Assembly (NCBI GenBank): GCA_963846555.1
Contig: CAWJWI010000006.1
Coordinates: forward strand, 12,184-76,183
Source: an uncultured Microthrixaceae bacterium
GTDB lineage: Bacteria; Actinomycetota; Acidimicrobiia; Acidimicrobiales; VFJN01
Reading direction: 5' to 3'
DNA: 64,000 nucleotides
In this document: positions 1 to 9,558 of the stretch, in pieces
How positions within the stretch are numbered: the first letter of the stretch is position 1
How the letters are laid out: every line of letters starts with the position of its first letter
Translations under genes and position numbers: made by a program
Notes under the pieces: generated by a model
Seen by the model: the letters and a program-made list of their open reading frames with translations, nothing else
What the model was told of the DNA's origin: nothing
Databases searched by the model: none

Positions 1-81
1 TGCCCGTGCCCGGAATCGTCAATCCAGGGTGATCCCGCCTCGGAGCAGCGGCGGCCGTCGCGGGCCGCCCCAGGCGTGCTG

Positions 82-393
82 TCATCGAAGGTCGGCCTCT
101 CGATCGTCGTGCTCGGGGTTCTCGGCTGCGCGTCGACGCGCTCGGAGCAGCTCAACCGCGACCTGCCCATCGGGAGTCGCCTCCAAGGAGAGGCCCGGCT
201 CGGACCGCAGCAGTCCGTCGCGCTGGAGCCGCAGGACCGCCATGCGCAAGGCCTGCCAGCCCGATGCCGGCCGGCCACCGCGGTGGAGGTGCTCGAGGAC
301 GACTTCGGCGGGCACCGTGACCCGGCGCGGGGCTAGGGCCACCACGGCATCGAGCACCTGCATGTCGTGTTCGGTGATGCTGGACGGAGCCAT
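82..393 (-). CDS. Hypothetical protein (103 aa)
   Basis: ATG start, high GC3 codon pattern, protein-like composition, follows the 408-692 gene on the same strand. Confidence 0.55.
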   Translation of the reverse strand: MAPSSITEHDMQVLDAVVALAPRRVTVPAEVVLEHLHRGGRPASGWQALRMAVLRLQRDGLLRSEPGLSLEATPDGQVAVELLRARRRAAENPEHDDREADLR

Positions 394-407
394 TCGTGGC
401 CTGGTCG

Positions 408-692
408 TCAGGGCGCCTGCTCCACGTGAAGCGCAGCTTCTTCCGCGGCTTCGGGTGTCTCGGCGACCTCGTCGTCGGCCGTGACGCGGTCGTCGTCCTG
501 CATCGGCACCGTCACACCCTCGGGGCTCGGTGTCTCGCCGACCTCGGGCTCTGTTCGCTCGTCGCGACCGGCGAAGCTCTCGGGGATGACGTCGTCTTGG
601 TGTCGATGGGCGCCCAGCGGTCGGTCGGGCGGAAACTCACCGCCGACCTTGTCGTCATCGAGGACCTCTGCTCGGTCCTGGTCATCGGCCAT
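408..692 (-). CDS. Acidic small protein, DUF5709-like
   Basis: MADDQDRAEVLDDDK start behind AAGGAGG RBS; ends AEEAALHVEQAP, resembling the DUF5709 C-terminal motif. Confidence 0.65.
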   Translation of the reverse strand: MADDQDRAEVLDDDKVGGEFPPDRPLGAHRHQDDVIPESFAGRDERTEPEVGETPSPEGVTVPMQDDDRVTADDEVAETPEAAEEAALHVEQAP

Positions 693-781
693 CGCAACCT
701 CCTTGGTCTGGGCGACCTTCCGAAGCTCGCCGTGCTGTGGTTGAAGAGCAGTGGGCGCCACGACGTGGCGAATGGTGTGAG

Positions 782-937
782 CTAGCTGCGGCCGGCTCCT
801 GGCGGAAGCGAGTCGGGATCACGCTCGTTGGGATCCGACGGGCTGGCCCCATCTGGCGCCTCGTCGAGGGGCTCGACTGCTGGTGTCGTCGGGAACCGGG
901 TTGGATCTTCGAGGCCGGGCTCATCGGGGTCAGGCAT
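782..937 (-). CDS. Small Pro/Asp-rich protein (51 aa), below the ORF track cut-off
   Basis: Hand translation MPDPDEPGLEDPTRFPTTPAVEPLDEAPDGASPSDPNERDPDSLPPGAGRS*; GGGGAGGG RBS before ATG. Confidence 0.45.
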   Translation of the reverse strand: MPDPDEPGLEDPTRFPTTPAVEPLDEAPDGASPSDPNERDPDSLPPGAGRS

Positions 938-1087
938 GCCCTCCCCCTACCCGGAACTGCCGGGAAGGCATCCTGCTCAGCTGCTGGTGGCCCGGGCATG
1001 CGGATTGGTGGGCAAGCCCTCGCTGTCAGGGGCCGAGCTCGTCTCGCAGGCCGGGTCGGCGCTGAGCTTCGCAGCCGCCAGGTGGCC

Positions 1088-1113
1088 GGTTTCGTGGCGC
1101 GCGGGATGGGTAG
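1088..1113 (+). promoter_or_regulatory. SigB/SigF-type promoter
   Basis: GGTTT-N15-GGGTAG, 40 nt upstream of the hemerythrin ATG. Confidence 0.6.
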
Positions 1114-1152
1114 AGCGGCGGCATCCCAACCCAGCAAGCAGGAGGGCAGACG

Positions 1153-1710
1153 ATGGATGTGACCCGGATGCTCGAGGCGGACCACCGGATGGTGGAGGGC
1201 CTTTTCGCCCAGATCGAGGCCGCGGAGGGCGACGCCCGCATGCCGCTCGTCACGGAGCTCGCCGAGGCGCTCAGGGCCCACATGGAGCTCGAGGAGCAGG
1301 TCGTGTACCCCGCGATGGCGCCCGTGACCGGCGACGAGTCGGTCGAGGAGGGCAACACGGAGCACGAGCTCGCTCGCAAGACCTTGGCTGACATGGTCGA
1401 CCTGGCCCCGGACCAGCCCGGCTTCGGTGCGGCGCTGGAGGCCGTGAAGGCTGGCATCGAGCACCACGTGGAGGAGGAGGAGGACGAGATCTTCCCGCAG
1501 CTCCGAAGCGACGGACCCGAGGTCATCGAGGCGATGGCCGGACCGTTCCTGGCCAAGCGAGCGAGCCTGGGCATGAAGATCAACGAGAGCGCTCTGTCCG
1601 AAGGCGCCACGAAGGACCAGCTCGTAGAGGAGGCGCAGGGCCTCGACATCGAGGGAGCTGCCTCGATGAACAAGGACGAGCTCGTCCACGCTCTCGCAAC
1701 TGCCGGCTGA
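1153..1710 (+). CDS. Hemerythrin (HHE) domain protein with C-terminal Rho-N-like helical tail
   Basis: DH..HMELEEQVVYP..EH..HHVEEEEDEIFP motifs; tail ATKDQLVEEAQGLDIEGAASMNKDELVHAL; GGAGG RBS. Confidence 0.9.
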   Translation: MDVTRMLEADHRMVEGLFAQIEAAEGDARMPLVTELAEALRAHMELEEQVVYPAMAPVTGDESVEEGNTEHELARKTLADMVDLAPDQPGFGAALEAVKAGIEHHVEEEEDEIFPQLRSDGPEVIEAMAGPFLAKRASLGMKINESALSEGATKDQLVEEAQGLDIEGAASMNKDELVHALATAG

Positions 1711-1776
1711 CCATCATCGCGTCGTGGCTTTCGGGAGTGGGGTCTTCTGCATCCGGGGTCCGTCTCCACTCTCATC

Positions 1777-2031
1777 CCACTCACGACATCGTCGAGGCCC
1801 GCTTCGTCGACATCACGGCAAACGAGCGGGTCGTTCAGACGGTGGTCTTCGAGTCCGAGGATCCCGCCTTCGCTGGAACGATGACGATGTCCTGGGAGGT
1901 GGAGGGGGCGGGCGAGGGGACGCTCGTGCGCATCACCGCCGACAACGTTCCGGACGGGATCTCCGTCGAGGACCACGCTGAGGGGATGTCGTCGTCACTG
2001 ACTGAACCTCGCCTCGTACGTGGAGCGGTAG
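1777..2031 (+). pseudogene. C-terminal fragment of SRPBCC/AHSA1-family protein
   Basis: DIVEARFVDI..FAGTMTMSW..NVPDGISVEDHAEGMSSSL, then +1 shift to NLASYVER*; N-terminal half absent. Confidence 0.7.
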
Positions 2032-2059
2032 CCGCCATCTCGCCACGACCCGAACGGGT

Positions 2060-2830
2060 CTAGAGGCCCAACAGCGAGCGGATCCCGTGGTCGCGCCCGG
2101 CGGTGTAACCACCATCGACGGCGATGGCCTGGCCGGTCACGAAGGATGCGTCGGCGGACAACAGGAACGCGGCCACCGCGGCGATCTCGCTCGGCTCGCC
2201 GAAGCGCCCGAGCTTGTGCTCCTCCTCGCAGGCGTCGCGAGCGTCGTGCATGGCCTCGTCGCCGAACACGCTGTCGAACAGGGGCGTGACGATGATCCCG
2301 GGGCACACCGCGTTGGCGCGGATGCCCCGGCGGCCGTAGTCGATCGCCATGTTCTTGGTGAGGAGGACGACACCACCCTTCGAGGCGTTGTAGCAGCTGC
2401 CCCCGGCGGTGCCCTCGATGCCTTCGACGCTCGCAACGGTCACGACCGAGCCTCGCTCGCCACGGACCGGCTCCTGTTCGAGCATGGCCGCGATGACGTG
2501 CTTGGCGACGAGGAAGGTGCCCTTGAGGTTGATGTCGAGCACCCGGTCCCACTCGTCCCCGGACAGGGAGTGCACGGGCCCTCCGCCGGCGACGCCGGCC
2601 GCGGTGATGACCCCGTCGATGCGACCGTGGGCCGCGACGGCGTCGGCGACCGCCGCGGCGACGGCACCTTCGTCGGTCACGTCGACGGACACGACGTCCG
2701 GTGCGTCGGTGATGTCGAAGCCGATCACCGTGCCGCCGTCGTCACGCAGCCGGTCGGCGCAGGCCTGCCCGATCCCTGAGCTGGCACCGGTGACCACGAA
2801 CACCTTGTCGGTGAAGCGAGCTTCGGTCAT
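2060..2830 (-). CDS. SDR family oxidoreductase
   Basis: TGASSGIG, YNASK catalytic motif, VTGQAIAVDGG. Confidence 0.93.
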   Translation of the reverse strand: MTEARFTDKVFVVTGASSGIGQACADRLRDDGGTVIGFDITDAPDVVSVDVTDEGAVAAAVADAVAAHGRIDGVITAAGVAGGGPVHSLSGDEWDRVLDINLKGTFLVAKHVIAAMLEQEPVRGERGSVVTVASVEGIEGTAGGSCYNASKGGVVLLTKNMAIDYGRRGIRANAVCPGIIVTPLFDSVFGDEAMHDARDACEEEHKLGRFGEPSEIAAVAAFLLSADASFVTGQAIAVDGGYTAGRDHGIRSLLGL

Positions 2831-2870
2831 GGGGAGGTCTCCTTCGGACGATGTCGTCGCGGGCATCGCG

Positions 2871-3971
2871 TCACGGTGCGACCGAACCGAGGTCGGCGAA
2901 GCCACTGGGGTCGTGGCGTCCGATGGAGCCGTGCTCCAACATGCCCCAGCCCTCTGCACCGTCGCAGGTGGCGCGGGCGACGTGGTCGGTGACGCCGAAG
3001 GGGATCATGCCCGTCACTGCAGGGTCGGTGAGGTCGAAGTCGACGCGTTCGGAGAAGTCTGGGCCCTTCCACTGCCCGTGCTTCCACGTCGAATCGCTGG
3101 CATAGCCGGCCCCCATGTGGATGTGTGCGCCGAGCAGGGTGTCGACCTCGACGACGAGCGGCTTGCCGTCGGGGGTGGTCAGGTGGATCACCGCATGCTC
3201 GGGGGAACGGGTGCCGGACGTGTAGGTGATGTCGATGTGGGGCCAGCCCAGCTGCTCGATGCGGCCGTCGGCCCAGGTCCGGGTGGCATCGTTGAGGATG
3301 CGGTACCCGTCTGGTTCCTCCTGCACGATCACGATGATGGCGTAGTCGTCGAAGCGCAGGGGGATGTAGAGCCAGTGGAGGCCTGCCTCCTGGTCGACGG
3401 GCCTGCCGGCGGGCTCGGCCTCGCCGACCGGTCGAATGCCCCAGGACCGGTCACGGTTGCCTACCCAGGTCTCGGGATCGACCTTGTAGTCGTCGCCGTC
3501 GATGCTCAGCGTGCCCTCCCACGTCCCCAGCTGTGCGAAGCGACAGGCGTCGAGGATCGCCTTGCGGTCCATGCGCATGACGTGGGGCTGTTCGTCGATC
3601 GCGGCGAACGAGCCTTCCCACGTCATGTCGAACGACAGGCCGAGCGAGTCGTCGTCACAGATCAACCGGAGGGTCTGGAGGGGCTTGATGACCTCGATGC
3701 GGTACGCCCCGACGCGTTGGTCGAGGCGGTCGTCGTCGAGCACATCAGAGAAGTGGACGGCGGTCTGCTTGTCGCCACGTCGCAGGAGTGCGAACGCATC
3801 GGTGACGCCGAGGTTCGGGTACACGCCGAATCCGGTGATCAGGAAGAGATCATCGCTGCGGTTGTGGGCGTTGAAGTAGCTGCGGTCGTAGGCGTTGCGA
3901 TCGGTGCTGGCCACGTGAGCCAGTGACAGCGGCACCTGGTGCAGCGGGAATTCGTCGAGAGGGACGGGCAT
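2871..3971 (-). CDS. Conserved actinobacterial protein, M. tuberculosis Rv3169-like
   Basis: PLDEFPLHQ..DRNAYDRSYFNAH..RDRSWGIRPVGE..EHGSIGRHDPSGF; downstream of an Rv3168-like kinase. Confidence 0.85.
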   Translation of the reverse strand: MPVPLDEFPLHQVPLSLAHVASTDRNAYDRSYFNAHNRSDDLFLITGFGVYPNLGVTDAFALLRRGDKQTAVHFSDVLDDDRLDQRVGAYRIEVIKPLQTLRLICDDDSLGLSFDMTWEGSFAAIDEQPHVMRMDRKAILDACRFAQLGTWEGTLSIDGDDYKVDPETWVGNRDRSWGIRPVGEAEPAGRPVDQEAGLHWLYIPLRFDDYAIIVIVQEEPDGYRILNDATRTWADGRIEQLGWPHIDITYTSGTRSPEHAVIHLTTPDGKPLVVEVDTLLGAHIHMGAGYASDSTWKHGQWKGPDFSERVDFDLTDPAVTGMIPFGVTDHVARATCDGAEGWGMLEHGSIGRHDPSGFADLGSVAP

Positions 3972-4033
3972 GTCGGGCTCCGGTGGATGTCGTGAGGTGT
4001 GAAGGTGCTCTGAGACGGTCGAGCGGTGGTCGC

Positions 4034-5152
4034 TCAGGCTTCGAGAAGGCGCGCGAGCAAGGCTCGATGGTGCATGAGGTCGTCCACGTCGTCGGGCATC
4101 TCGATCTCGCCGAAGCGGGCCATGCGGGTGCCGTTGCGGATGAAGACGATGCCCCACTGCACCGCGGCGTAGACGATGTACCAGTGCAGGTCCCGTGGGG
4201 CGATGCCGGTGATCCGTTCGTAGGTTGCCGCGACGTCGGCGGTCTCCATGAAGCTCTCCATGGGGGGCAGCTCGAAGACCGTGGCGATCTCGTGGAACAC
4301 CATGTGGCCGAAGATCATCCACCCCAGGTCGATCTCGCGTGGGCCGAGGCTGGCCATCTCCCAGTCGAGGACTGCAACCGGCTCGAAATCTCGGTAGATC
4401 GTGTTGCCGAGGCGAGCGTCGCCCCACAGCAGCACCGGCGGGGTCTCCTCCGGCCAGTTGGACTCGAGCCACTCGAAACCAGATTCGACGACGTTCGATC
4501 GCGCTGCTCGGTCGACCGCGTAGTCGTACCAGGCCCGCGAGTGGGCGACGTGGCGCTTCAGCGGTGTGTCGCCGGCTTCGACTGGTGTGAGGTAGGCGAA
4601 GCGCTCCTCGGGATCGTCGATGCTGTGCAGCTTGGCCAGCACGTCGACCGTGCTGTCCTGGATTCGGCGCTGGTCTTCGAGCGATGCGTCGAACAGCCAG
4701 TTGTCGCCGAACGTGTACGGGGCGATGTCGGGCGGGATCAGACCGTCGACGCGGTCCATGATGAAGAAGGGGGTGCCGATGACCTCGGGATCGAGCTCGA
4801 GCCATCGCACTCGGGGCACCGGGACGTCGGTGAGCTCGGCGACCTGGCCGAGCAGCTGGAACTGGTGGTCGAGCGCGTAGTCGACGAACACGGGCTCGTC
4901 GGCTGCACCCGGTGCGATGCGTGCCACGAGGTCCTCGGTGTGGTTCGACCCGTCGGCGTCGACCCACTCGACCTGGAAGAGCACGGTCTCGCTCGACATG
5001 CCGTTGGCGCCGCTCGAACCGAGACCGATCACCTCGGGAGGCTCGGCCGCGGGCAGGCGCTCCCCGAACCAGGCGGTCAGCGCCGTCCGCAGCTCTTCGG
5101 GGTCTCGACTTGTGCGCGTCATCTGGGTCGGCGTCTCGGACTGGTCATCCAC
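4034..5152 (-). CDS. Phosphotransferase (APH-like) family protein, Rv3168-like
   Basis: GMSSETVLF, LLWGDARLGN, AVLDWEMA; start GTG 5152 or ATG 5122. Confidence 0.88.
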   Translation of the reverse strand: MDDQSETPTQMTRTSRDPEELRTALTAWFGERLPAAEPPEVIGLGSSGANGMSSETVLFQVEWVDADGSNHTEDLVARIAPGAADEPVFVDYALDHQFQLLGQVAELTDVPVPRVRWLELDPEVIGTPFFIMDRVDGLIPPDIAPYTFGDNWLFDASLEDQRRIQDSTVDVLAKLHSIDDPEERFAYLTPVEAGDTPLKRHVAHSRAWYDYAVDRAARSNVVESGFEWLESNWPEETPPVLLWGDARLGNTIYRDFEPVAVLDWEMASLGPREIDLGWMIFGHMVFHEIATVFELPPMESFMETADVAATYERITGIAPRDLHWYIVYAAVQWGIVFIRNGTRMARFGEIEMPDDVDDLMHHRALLARLLEA

Positions 5153-5864
5153 CGTGGGGCTCTCCGTGGCTCGCGATCGTGCTGTTCGGCGCAGCTGTGC
5201 GGTCTTGGCTTCGGCCTCGGCGCGTCGACCGATTCGGATCGCCGTCGATGTCGCCGGCTTGATCCCAGAGCGGCATCGACGAAGCGAGCACCGTGCGCCA
5301 GACCGCGGCTGCTTCCTCGTCGGCAGGTGGGCGGTCGTCGTCTTCGAGCCAGGTGATGGCCGCCGCGATGACGCCACCGGCGACGAAGGCCCCGACCCTC
5401 GATGTCGAGCGGTCGTCGACGATTCGATCCGCGGAGCGATGGTGCATCTCCTCGGTGATCGCACGCTGGATGCCGTTGCGAAGGTGAGCGACCACCGCCG
5501 GGCTCCCCGCCGGTCCGAGGACGCGGCGGTAGAGGGCGGCGTGGCGATCCAGCTCGGCGAAGAAGGCCAGCGTGTGCCGCGGCGCGTGGTCGGCATCCAC
5601 GAGCTCGTCGACGGAGGCAGCTGCCGCGCCGAGCGAGACCTCGTCGGTCACCTCGCTGATGGCGTCGAGCAGCAACCCTTCCTTGTCCGAGTAGTGGAGG
5701 TAGAAGGTGGCACGGTTCACGCCTGCCGCCGCGGCGACCTCGCCGATGGAGATCTCGTCGAGATCCCGGTGGGTGGCGAGCTCCACGAGCGCAGCCATCA
5801 GCCGGGTCCTGGTCCGCCGGGCGCGCGGGTCCGACGGACGTTCGCTGCCGGCGTCTTTCGACAT
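5145..5864 (-). CDS. TetR/AcrR family regulator
   Basis: DPRARRTR..ISIGEVAAAAGVNRATFYLHY HTH. Confidence 0.9.
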   Translation of the reverse strand: MSKDAGSERPSDPRARRTRTRLMAALVELATHRDLDEISIGEVAAAAGVNRATFYLHYSDKEGLLLDAISEVTDEVSLGAAAASVDELVDADHAPRHTLAFFAELDRHAALYRRVLGPAGSPAVVAHLRNGIQRAITEEMHHRSADRIVDDRSTSRVGAFVAGGVIAAAITWLEDDDRPPADEEAAAVWRTVLASSMPLWDQAGDIDGDPNRSTRRGRSQDRTAAPNSTIASHGEPHGG

Positions 5865-5900
5865 CGAGACCCCGATGGTTGACATTGGGAGCAGTGTCCA

Positions 5901-5930
5901 CGACATCTGTCGTATAGTCAACAGCTGTCG
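5901..5930. promoter_or_regulatory. Paired TetR-type operator palindromes
   Basis: CGACA-tc-TGTCG (5901-5912) and CAACA-gc-TGTCG (5919-5930) between divergent tetR and oxygenase genes. Confidence 0.65.
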
Positions 5931-5962
5931 CACAAGGTGGATCTCCCGAAGGAGCTCACGAG

Positions 5963-7153
5963 ATGACCGCAACCAGGGGAACCGCCGCGCCACTCGACGG
6001 ACCCGCCATGGTGGCCACCATGGCCGACCTCGTGGAGTCGGAGGCCGCCGCGTGCGAGGAGCTCCGCACCACGACGCCGGCCGTGGTCGAGGCGATGTGG
6101 GCGAGCGGGTTGTTCCAGCGCTTCAACCCCGCCGAGGCTGGCGGCGCCGAGCCGACGTTCGCCGAGATGATCCGCACCTGGATCGACATGGCCCGACTCG
6201 ACGGATCCTTCGGCTGGATCGGCATCGCCAACCTCCCCGCCACCGCGGCCGTCGCCTCGCTGCTGCCCGACGACGGGTTCGCCGAGGTGTTCACCGCCAA
6301 CGACAACCGCATCACGCTCGGCGGCCAGTTCTTCCCGCACGGGAACGGCACCAGCGTGGAGGGCGGCTATCGGATCACCGGAGCCTGGAACTTCGGCTCG
6401 GGAACCGGACACAGCGACTACGTGGCCGCGGGGTTCCTGCCGATGGTCGACGGCGAGATGGTGTGGGCGAGCGAAGGCGTCCCCGACATGCGGGTGGCGA
6501 TCGTCGCCCGCTGCGAGGTGACCTTCACCGACGGGTGGCACGTCCAAGGTCTCCGAGGCACCGGCTCCTACGACTACGAGCTCGACGACGTCTTCGTGCC
6601 GGAAGGACGGACGTTCCCACTGTTCAGTCGCGAACCGCTGCGGGGGACCGCACCGACGTTCAAGATGGGGATCATGGGGCTGGTCGCTGCCGGCCACGCC
6701 GCGTGGGCCCTCGGTGTGGCCCGGAGCATGATCGACGACGTTCGTGCCCTGGCTCTCGGCAAGGTGCGCATGGGCGACCCGACGACCCTTGCCAACAAGC
6801 CCAGCTTCCAGGTCGGGCTCGTCCGCCACGAGTGCATGCTGGATGCCGCAGAGCTGCTCGTGCTGACGTCGTTCGGCGACGTCGAAGCGGCGATCGCCGC
6901 CGGCGAGCCGCTCACCGACCTGATGCGGGCGAAGATGCGGGCGTCGGCGGTGCACGCCACCGATGCATCTCGAGAGGTCGCCACCTGGGCGCACCTGGCG
7001 GCGGGCACCACCGCCATTCGGGAGGGGAACCGGTTGGAGCGCGCCTTTCGAGACATCTACACGGGCAGCCAGCACGTGTTCATCGGCGAGAAGGTGGCGA
7101 TGGATTGTGCGCAGGTCCGGCTCGGACTGGTCGAAGACCCCCTCGGTCTCTGA
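5963..7153 (+). CDS. Acyl-CoA dehydrogenase-fold flavin-dependent monooxygenase (HsaA-like)
   Basis: GYRITGAWNFGSG, WHVQGLRGTGSYD, LERAFRDIYTGSQH. Confidence 0.85.
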   Translation: MTATRGTAAPLDGPAMVATMADLVESEAAACEELRTTTPAVVEAMWASGLFQRFNPAEAGGAEPTFAEMIRTWIDMARLDGSFGWIGIANLPATAAVASLLPDDGFAEVFTANDNRITLGGQFFPHGNGTSVEGGYRITGAWNFGSGTGHSDYVAAGFLPMVDGEMVWASEGVPDMRVAIVARCEVTFTDGWHVQGLRGTGSYDYELDDVFVPEGRTFPLFSREPLRGTAPTFKMGIMGLVAAGHAAWALGVARSMIDDVRALALGKVRMGDPTTLANKPSFQVGLVRHECMLDAAELLVLTSFGDVEAAIAAGEPLTDLMRAKMRASAVHATDASREVATWAHLAAGTTAIREGNRLERAFRDIYTGSQHVFIGEKVAMDCAQVRLGLVEDPLGL

Positions 7154-7250
7154 GCCTCCTGAGCTGCCATGGCCGCCATCGCTCCCTCGGCCTTCTCCTC
7201 GCCGGTCTAGATGAACGGCTCTCCCGACCACGGGTTCCGCGTCGGGTCGG

Positions 7251-8270
7251 TCACGACGTCGAGGCCGTGGCGGCGCGGGTCTCGGCGACGAGCGCGGTGA
7301 GGGCCTCGTCGGTGATGCCCCCGGGGGTGCTGAGGGCCACCCGGTCGACGCGGTCGCCGAAGCGGGCCACCAGTCGAGCGGCCACCTCTGCGGGATCGCC
7401 GCGGATCACCACGGCGTCGAGCAGCTCGTCGTCGACGAGAGCGGCCATCTCGTCCCATCGTCCTTGGCGGGACAACGCGCGCAGTTCGGGGTGGAGATCG
7501 TCGCGGCCCTCGGTCTCGAGCACGGGGAGGTAGGCGGGGGTCGAGCCGTAGAAGGCGATCATCCAGCGGGCTGCGGTGTCGACGTCGGCCTGGGCGGCGG
7601 GTTCGGTGGCGCACGCCACGATGGCTTGACCCACCACGGTGAGGTCGGACCGATGCCGGTCGGCTGCCTCCAGACCGGCGCCAATGCGGGGCAGGGTGAC
7701 CTGGGCCAGGTGCCGGTCGGAGGTGAACGGGTGGATCAGCACCCCGTCGGCCACGGCCGTGGCGAGCCGGGTCATGGCCGGGCCGAGTGCTCCGAGCCAG
7801 ATCGGTGGAGGGCCCGACGGCAGCGCTCCGGGCTCGAAGGCCGGGGTCATGAGGCTGTGACGGGTGTGTTCGCCGACGTAGTCGAGCGGTTCTCCGTCCT
7901 GCCACGTGCGTCCTATGGCTCGGATGGCCTCGACCCATTCGCGCATGCGCCCCACCGGACTGGACCACGTCGAGCCGTAGCGCCGTTCGACGTGTGCCTT
8001 GATCTGGGTGCCGAGCCCGAGGGAGAACCGCCCGCCGCTGAGGTCGGCCAGGTCCCACGCCGTGTGCGCCAGGTGCATGGGCGATCGCGGGAAGGCGATG
8101 GCCACGTTGGTGTAGAGGTGGCAGCCGGTGGCGGCGGCGAGGGTCAGGGGGAGGAAGACGTCGTGGGGTCCCTCGAAGGTGAAGATGCCGTCGACGCCAG
8201 CGGTCGCGAGCGCCTCGGCTCGGCTCGAGACCTCGTGGGGCTTGGCCATGAGCAAGGCATCGATGAGCAC
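7251..8270 (-). CDS. LLM-class, probably F420-dependent oxidoreductase (TIGR03617-like)
   Basis: EGPHDVFLPL, VAIAFPRSPMHLA, GRFSLGLGTQIKAHVERRYG, FYGSTPAY. Confidence 0.9.
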   Translation of the reverse strand: MLIDALLMAKPHEVSSRAEALATAGVDGIFTFEGPHDVFLPLTLAAATGCHLYTNVAIAFPRSPMHLAHTAWDLADLSGGRFSLGLGTQIKAHVERRYGSTWSSPVGRMREWVEAIRAIGRTWQDGEPLDYVGEHTRHSLMTPAFEPGALPSGPPPIWLGALGPAMTRLATAVADGVLIHPFTSDRHLAQVTLPRIGAGLEAADRHRSDLTVVGQAIVACATEPAAQADVDTAARWMIAFYGSTPAYLPVLETEGRDDLHPELRALSRQGRWDEMAALVDDELLDAVVIRGDPAEVAARLVARFGDRVDRVALSTPGGITDEALTALVAETRAATASTS

Positions 8271-8350
8271 CGCGGGATCGTACCGAGGCCGACTGCTGCG
8301 CTAGGTCGGCGATACGTCACCGTGAGACGACCAGTCGCACGACTGACCTC

Positions 8351-8848
8351 TCACGACGAGACAGTCGTGGCGAACGGCGGCGGGCCGAGGATGGTGATGG
8401 CGCGGGGGTTCTCCACCGCCTGGGCCTGGAGTCCCGCGAGATCGAGCCGGTCGGCGGTGTCATCGACGGCGGGGTCGCTGGCCCCGCGATAGAACGCCTG
8501 GCCGACCGAGCCGGGCGACTGGATGGTGAGCAGCCGAGCCTCGGCCGACACGACGATGAAGGCGTGAGCCACGCCCTTGGGGACGAAGGACACGCCGCCG
8601 CCTCGCACTCGTTGGCGCTTGCCGTCTGCTTGGACCTCGATCTCGCCGTCGATGACGTAGGTCATCTCGTGGGCCTCGGGATGTGCGTGCAGCGGCGTGG
8701 TCTTGCCGTTGCTCATCGTGTCCTGGAAGAGGAAGAAGGCGCCGTCGCTCTCCTCGGCCAGCAGCTTCCAGGTGTGGATGCCGCCGCCGAAGAAGGCTCG
8801 CTTGTCGCCGTCTTCCGCACCGCGCACGATCGGGGTCAGCACCGTCAT
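8351..8848 (-). CDS. Cupin domain protein
   Basis: PLHAHPEAHE..VPKGVAHAF. Confidence 0.88.
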   Translation of the reverse strand: MTVLTPIVRGAEDGDKRAFFGGGIHTWKLLAEESDGAFFLFQDTMSNGKTTPLHAHPEAHEMTYVIDGEIEVQADGKRQRVRGGGVSFVPKGVAHAFIVVSAEARLLTIQSPGSVGQAFYRGASDPAVDDTADRLDLAGLQAQAVENPRAITILGPPPFATTVSS

Positions 8849-8865
8849 GGCTGCTCCTCTTGTTG

Positions 8866-8883
8866 ATGGGACATCGGTCCCAT
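8866..8883. promoter_or_regulatory. TetR-type operator
   Basis: ATGGGAC-atcg-GTCCCAT palindrome between divergent cupin and tetR. Confidence 0.65.
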
Positions 8884-8909
8884 GACGAAACTAAGGTACC
8901 ATCTTGGCG

Positions 8910-9524
8910 ATGTCAACGGCCTATGAGCAGAACGGGCGAACGGCCCAGAAGCAGCGCACTCGTGAGGCGCTCGTCGCCGCGGCCGGAGCGCTGGTTGCTG
9001 AGGGGCACACCCCGACGGTCGAGGCAGCCGCAGCAGCCGCGTCGATCTCCCGGACGACCGCCTACCGCTACTTCCCGAGCCAGCGGGAGCTGCTCGCTGC
9101 CGCCCACCCCGAGACCGCACTCGCGTCGCTCCTCCCGGAGGACCCGCCCACCGACGTCGCGGCGCGCCTCGATCTCGTCGTCGACGCGTTCACGCAAATG
9201 ACCGTCGGCAACGAGACGCAGCAGCGCACGATGCTGCGCCTCTCCCTGCTGGGCGATGAGGCCGCCCGCTCGGCGCTGCCGCTGCGGCAAGGACGGGGCA
9301 TCGGATGGATCGAAGAGGCCCTCGCACCGCTCGACCCCGATCTGACCGGAGCCGAACGGCATCGCCTCGCCATCGCTATTCGCGCCACCATCGGAATCGA
9401 GGCGTTGGTATGGCTGACCGACATCGCGGGGCTGTCCCGCGACGACGCCGTGGACCTCATGCGGTGGTCAGCTCGCGCGCTGCTCGACGCGGCCGTCGCC
9501 GATCGGGGCCGAGAGGGCTCCTGA
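8910..9524 (+). CDS. TetR/AcrR family regulator
   Basis: GRTAQKQRTR..TVEAAAAAASISRTTAYRYFPS. Confidence 0.9.
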   Translation: MSTAYEQNGRTAQKQRTREALVAAAGALVAEGHTPTVEAAAAAASISRTTAYRYFPSQRELLAAAHPETALASLLPEDPPTDVAARLDLVVDAFTQMTVGNETQQRTMLRLSLLGDEAARSALPLRQGRGIGWIEEALAPLDPDLTGAERHRLAIAIRATIGIEALVWLTDIAGLSRDDAVDLMRWSARALLDAAVADRGREGS

Positions 9525-9558
9525 CTCCTTCGCGCGGTGATGGCGCGGGTCCTCTGGC

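Noticed and set aside
4034..5152. Aminoglycoside resistance gene
   Set aside because: APH fold only; belongs to the Rv3168-like group in a catabolic context.
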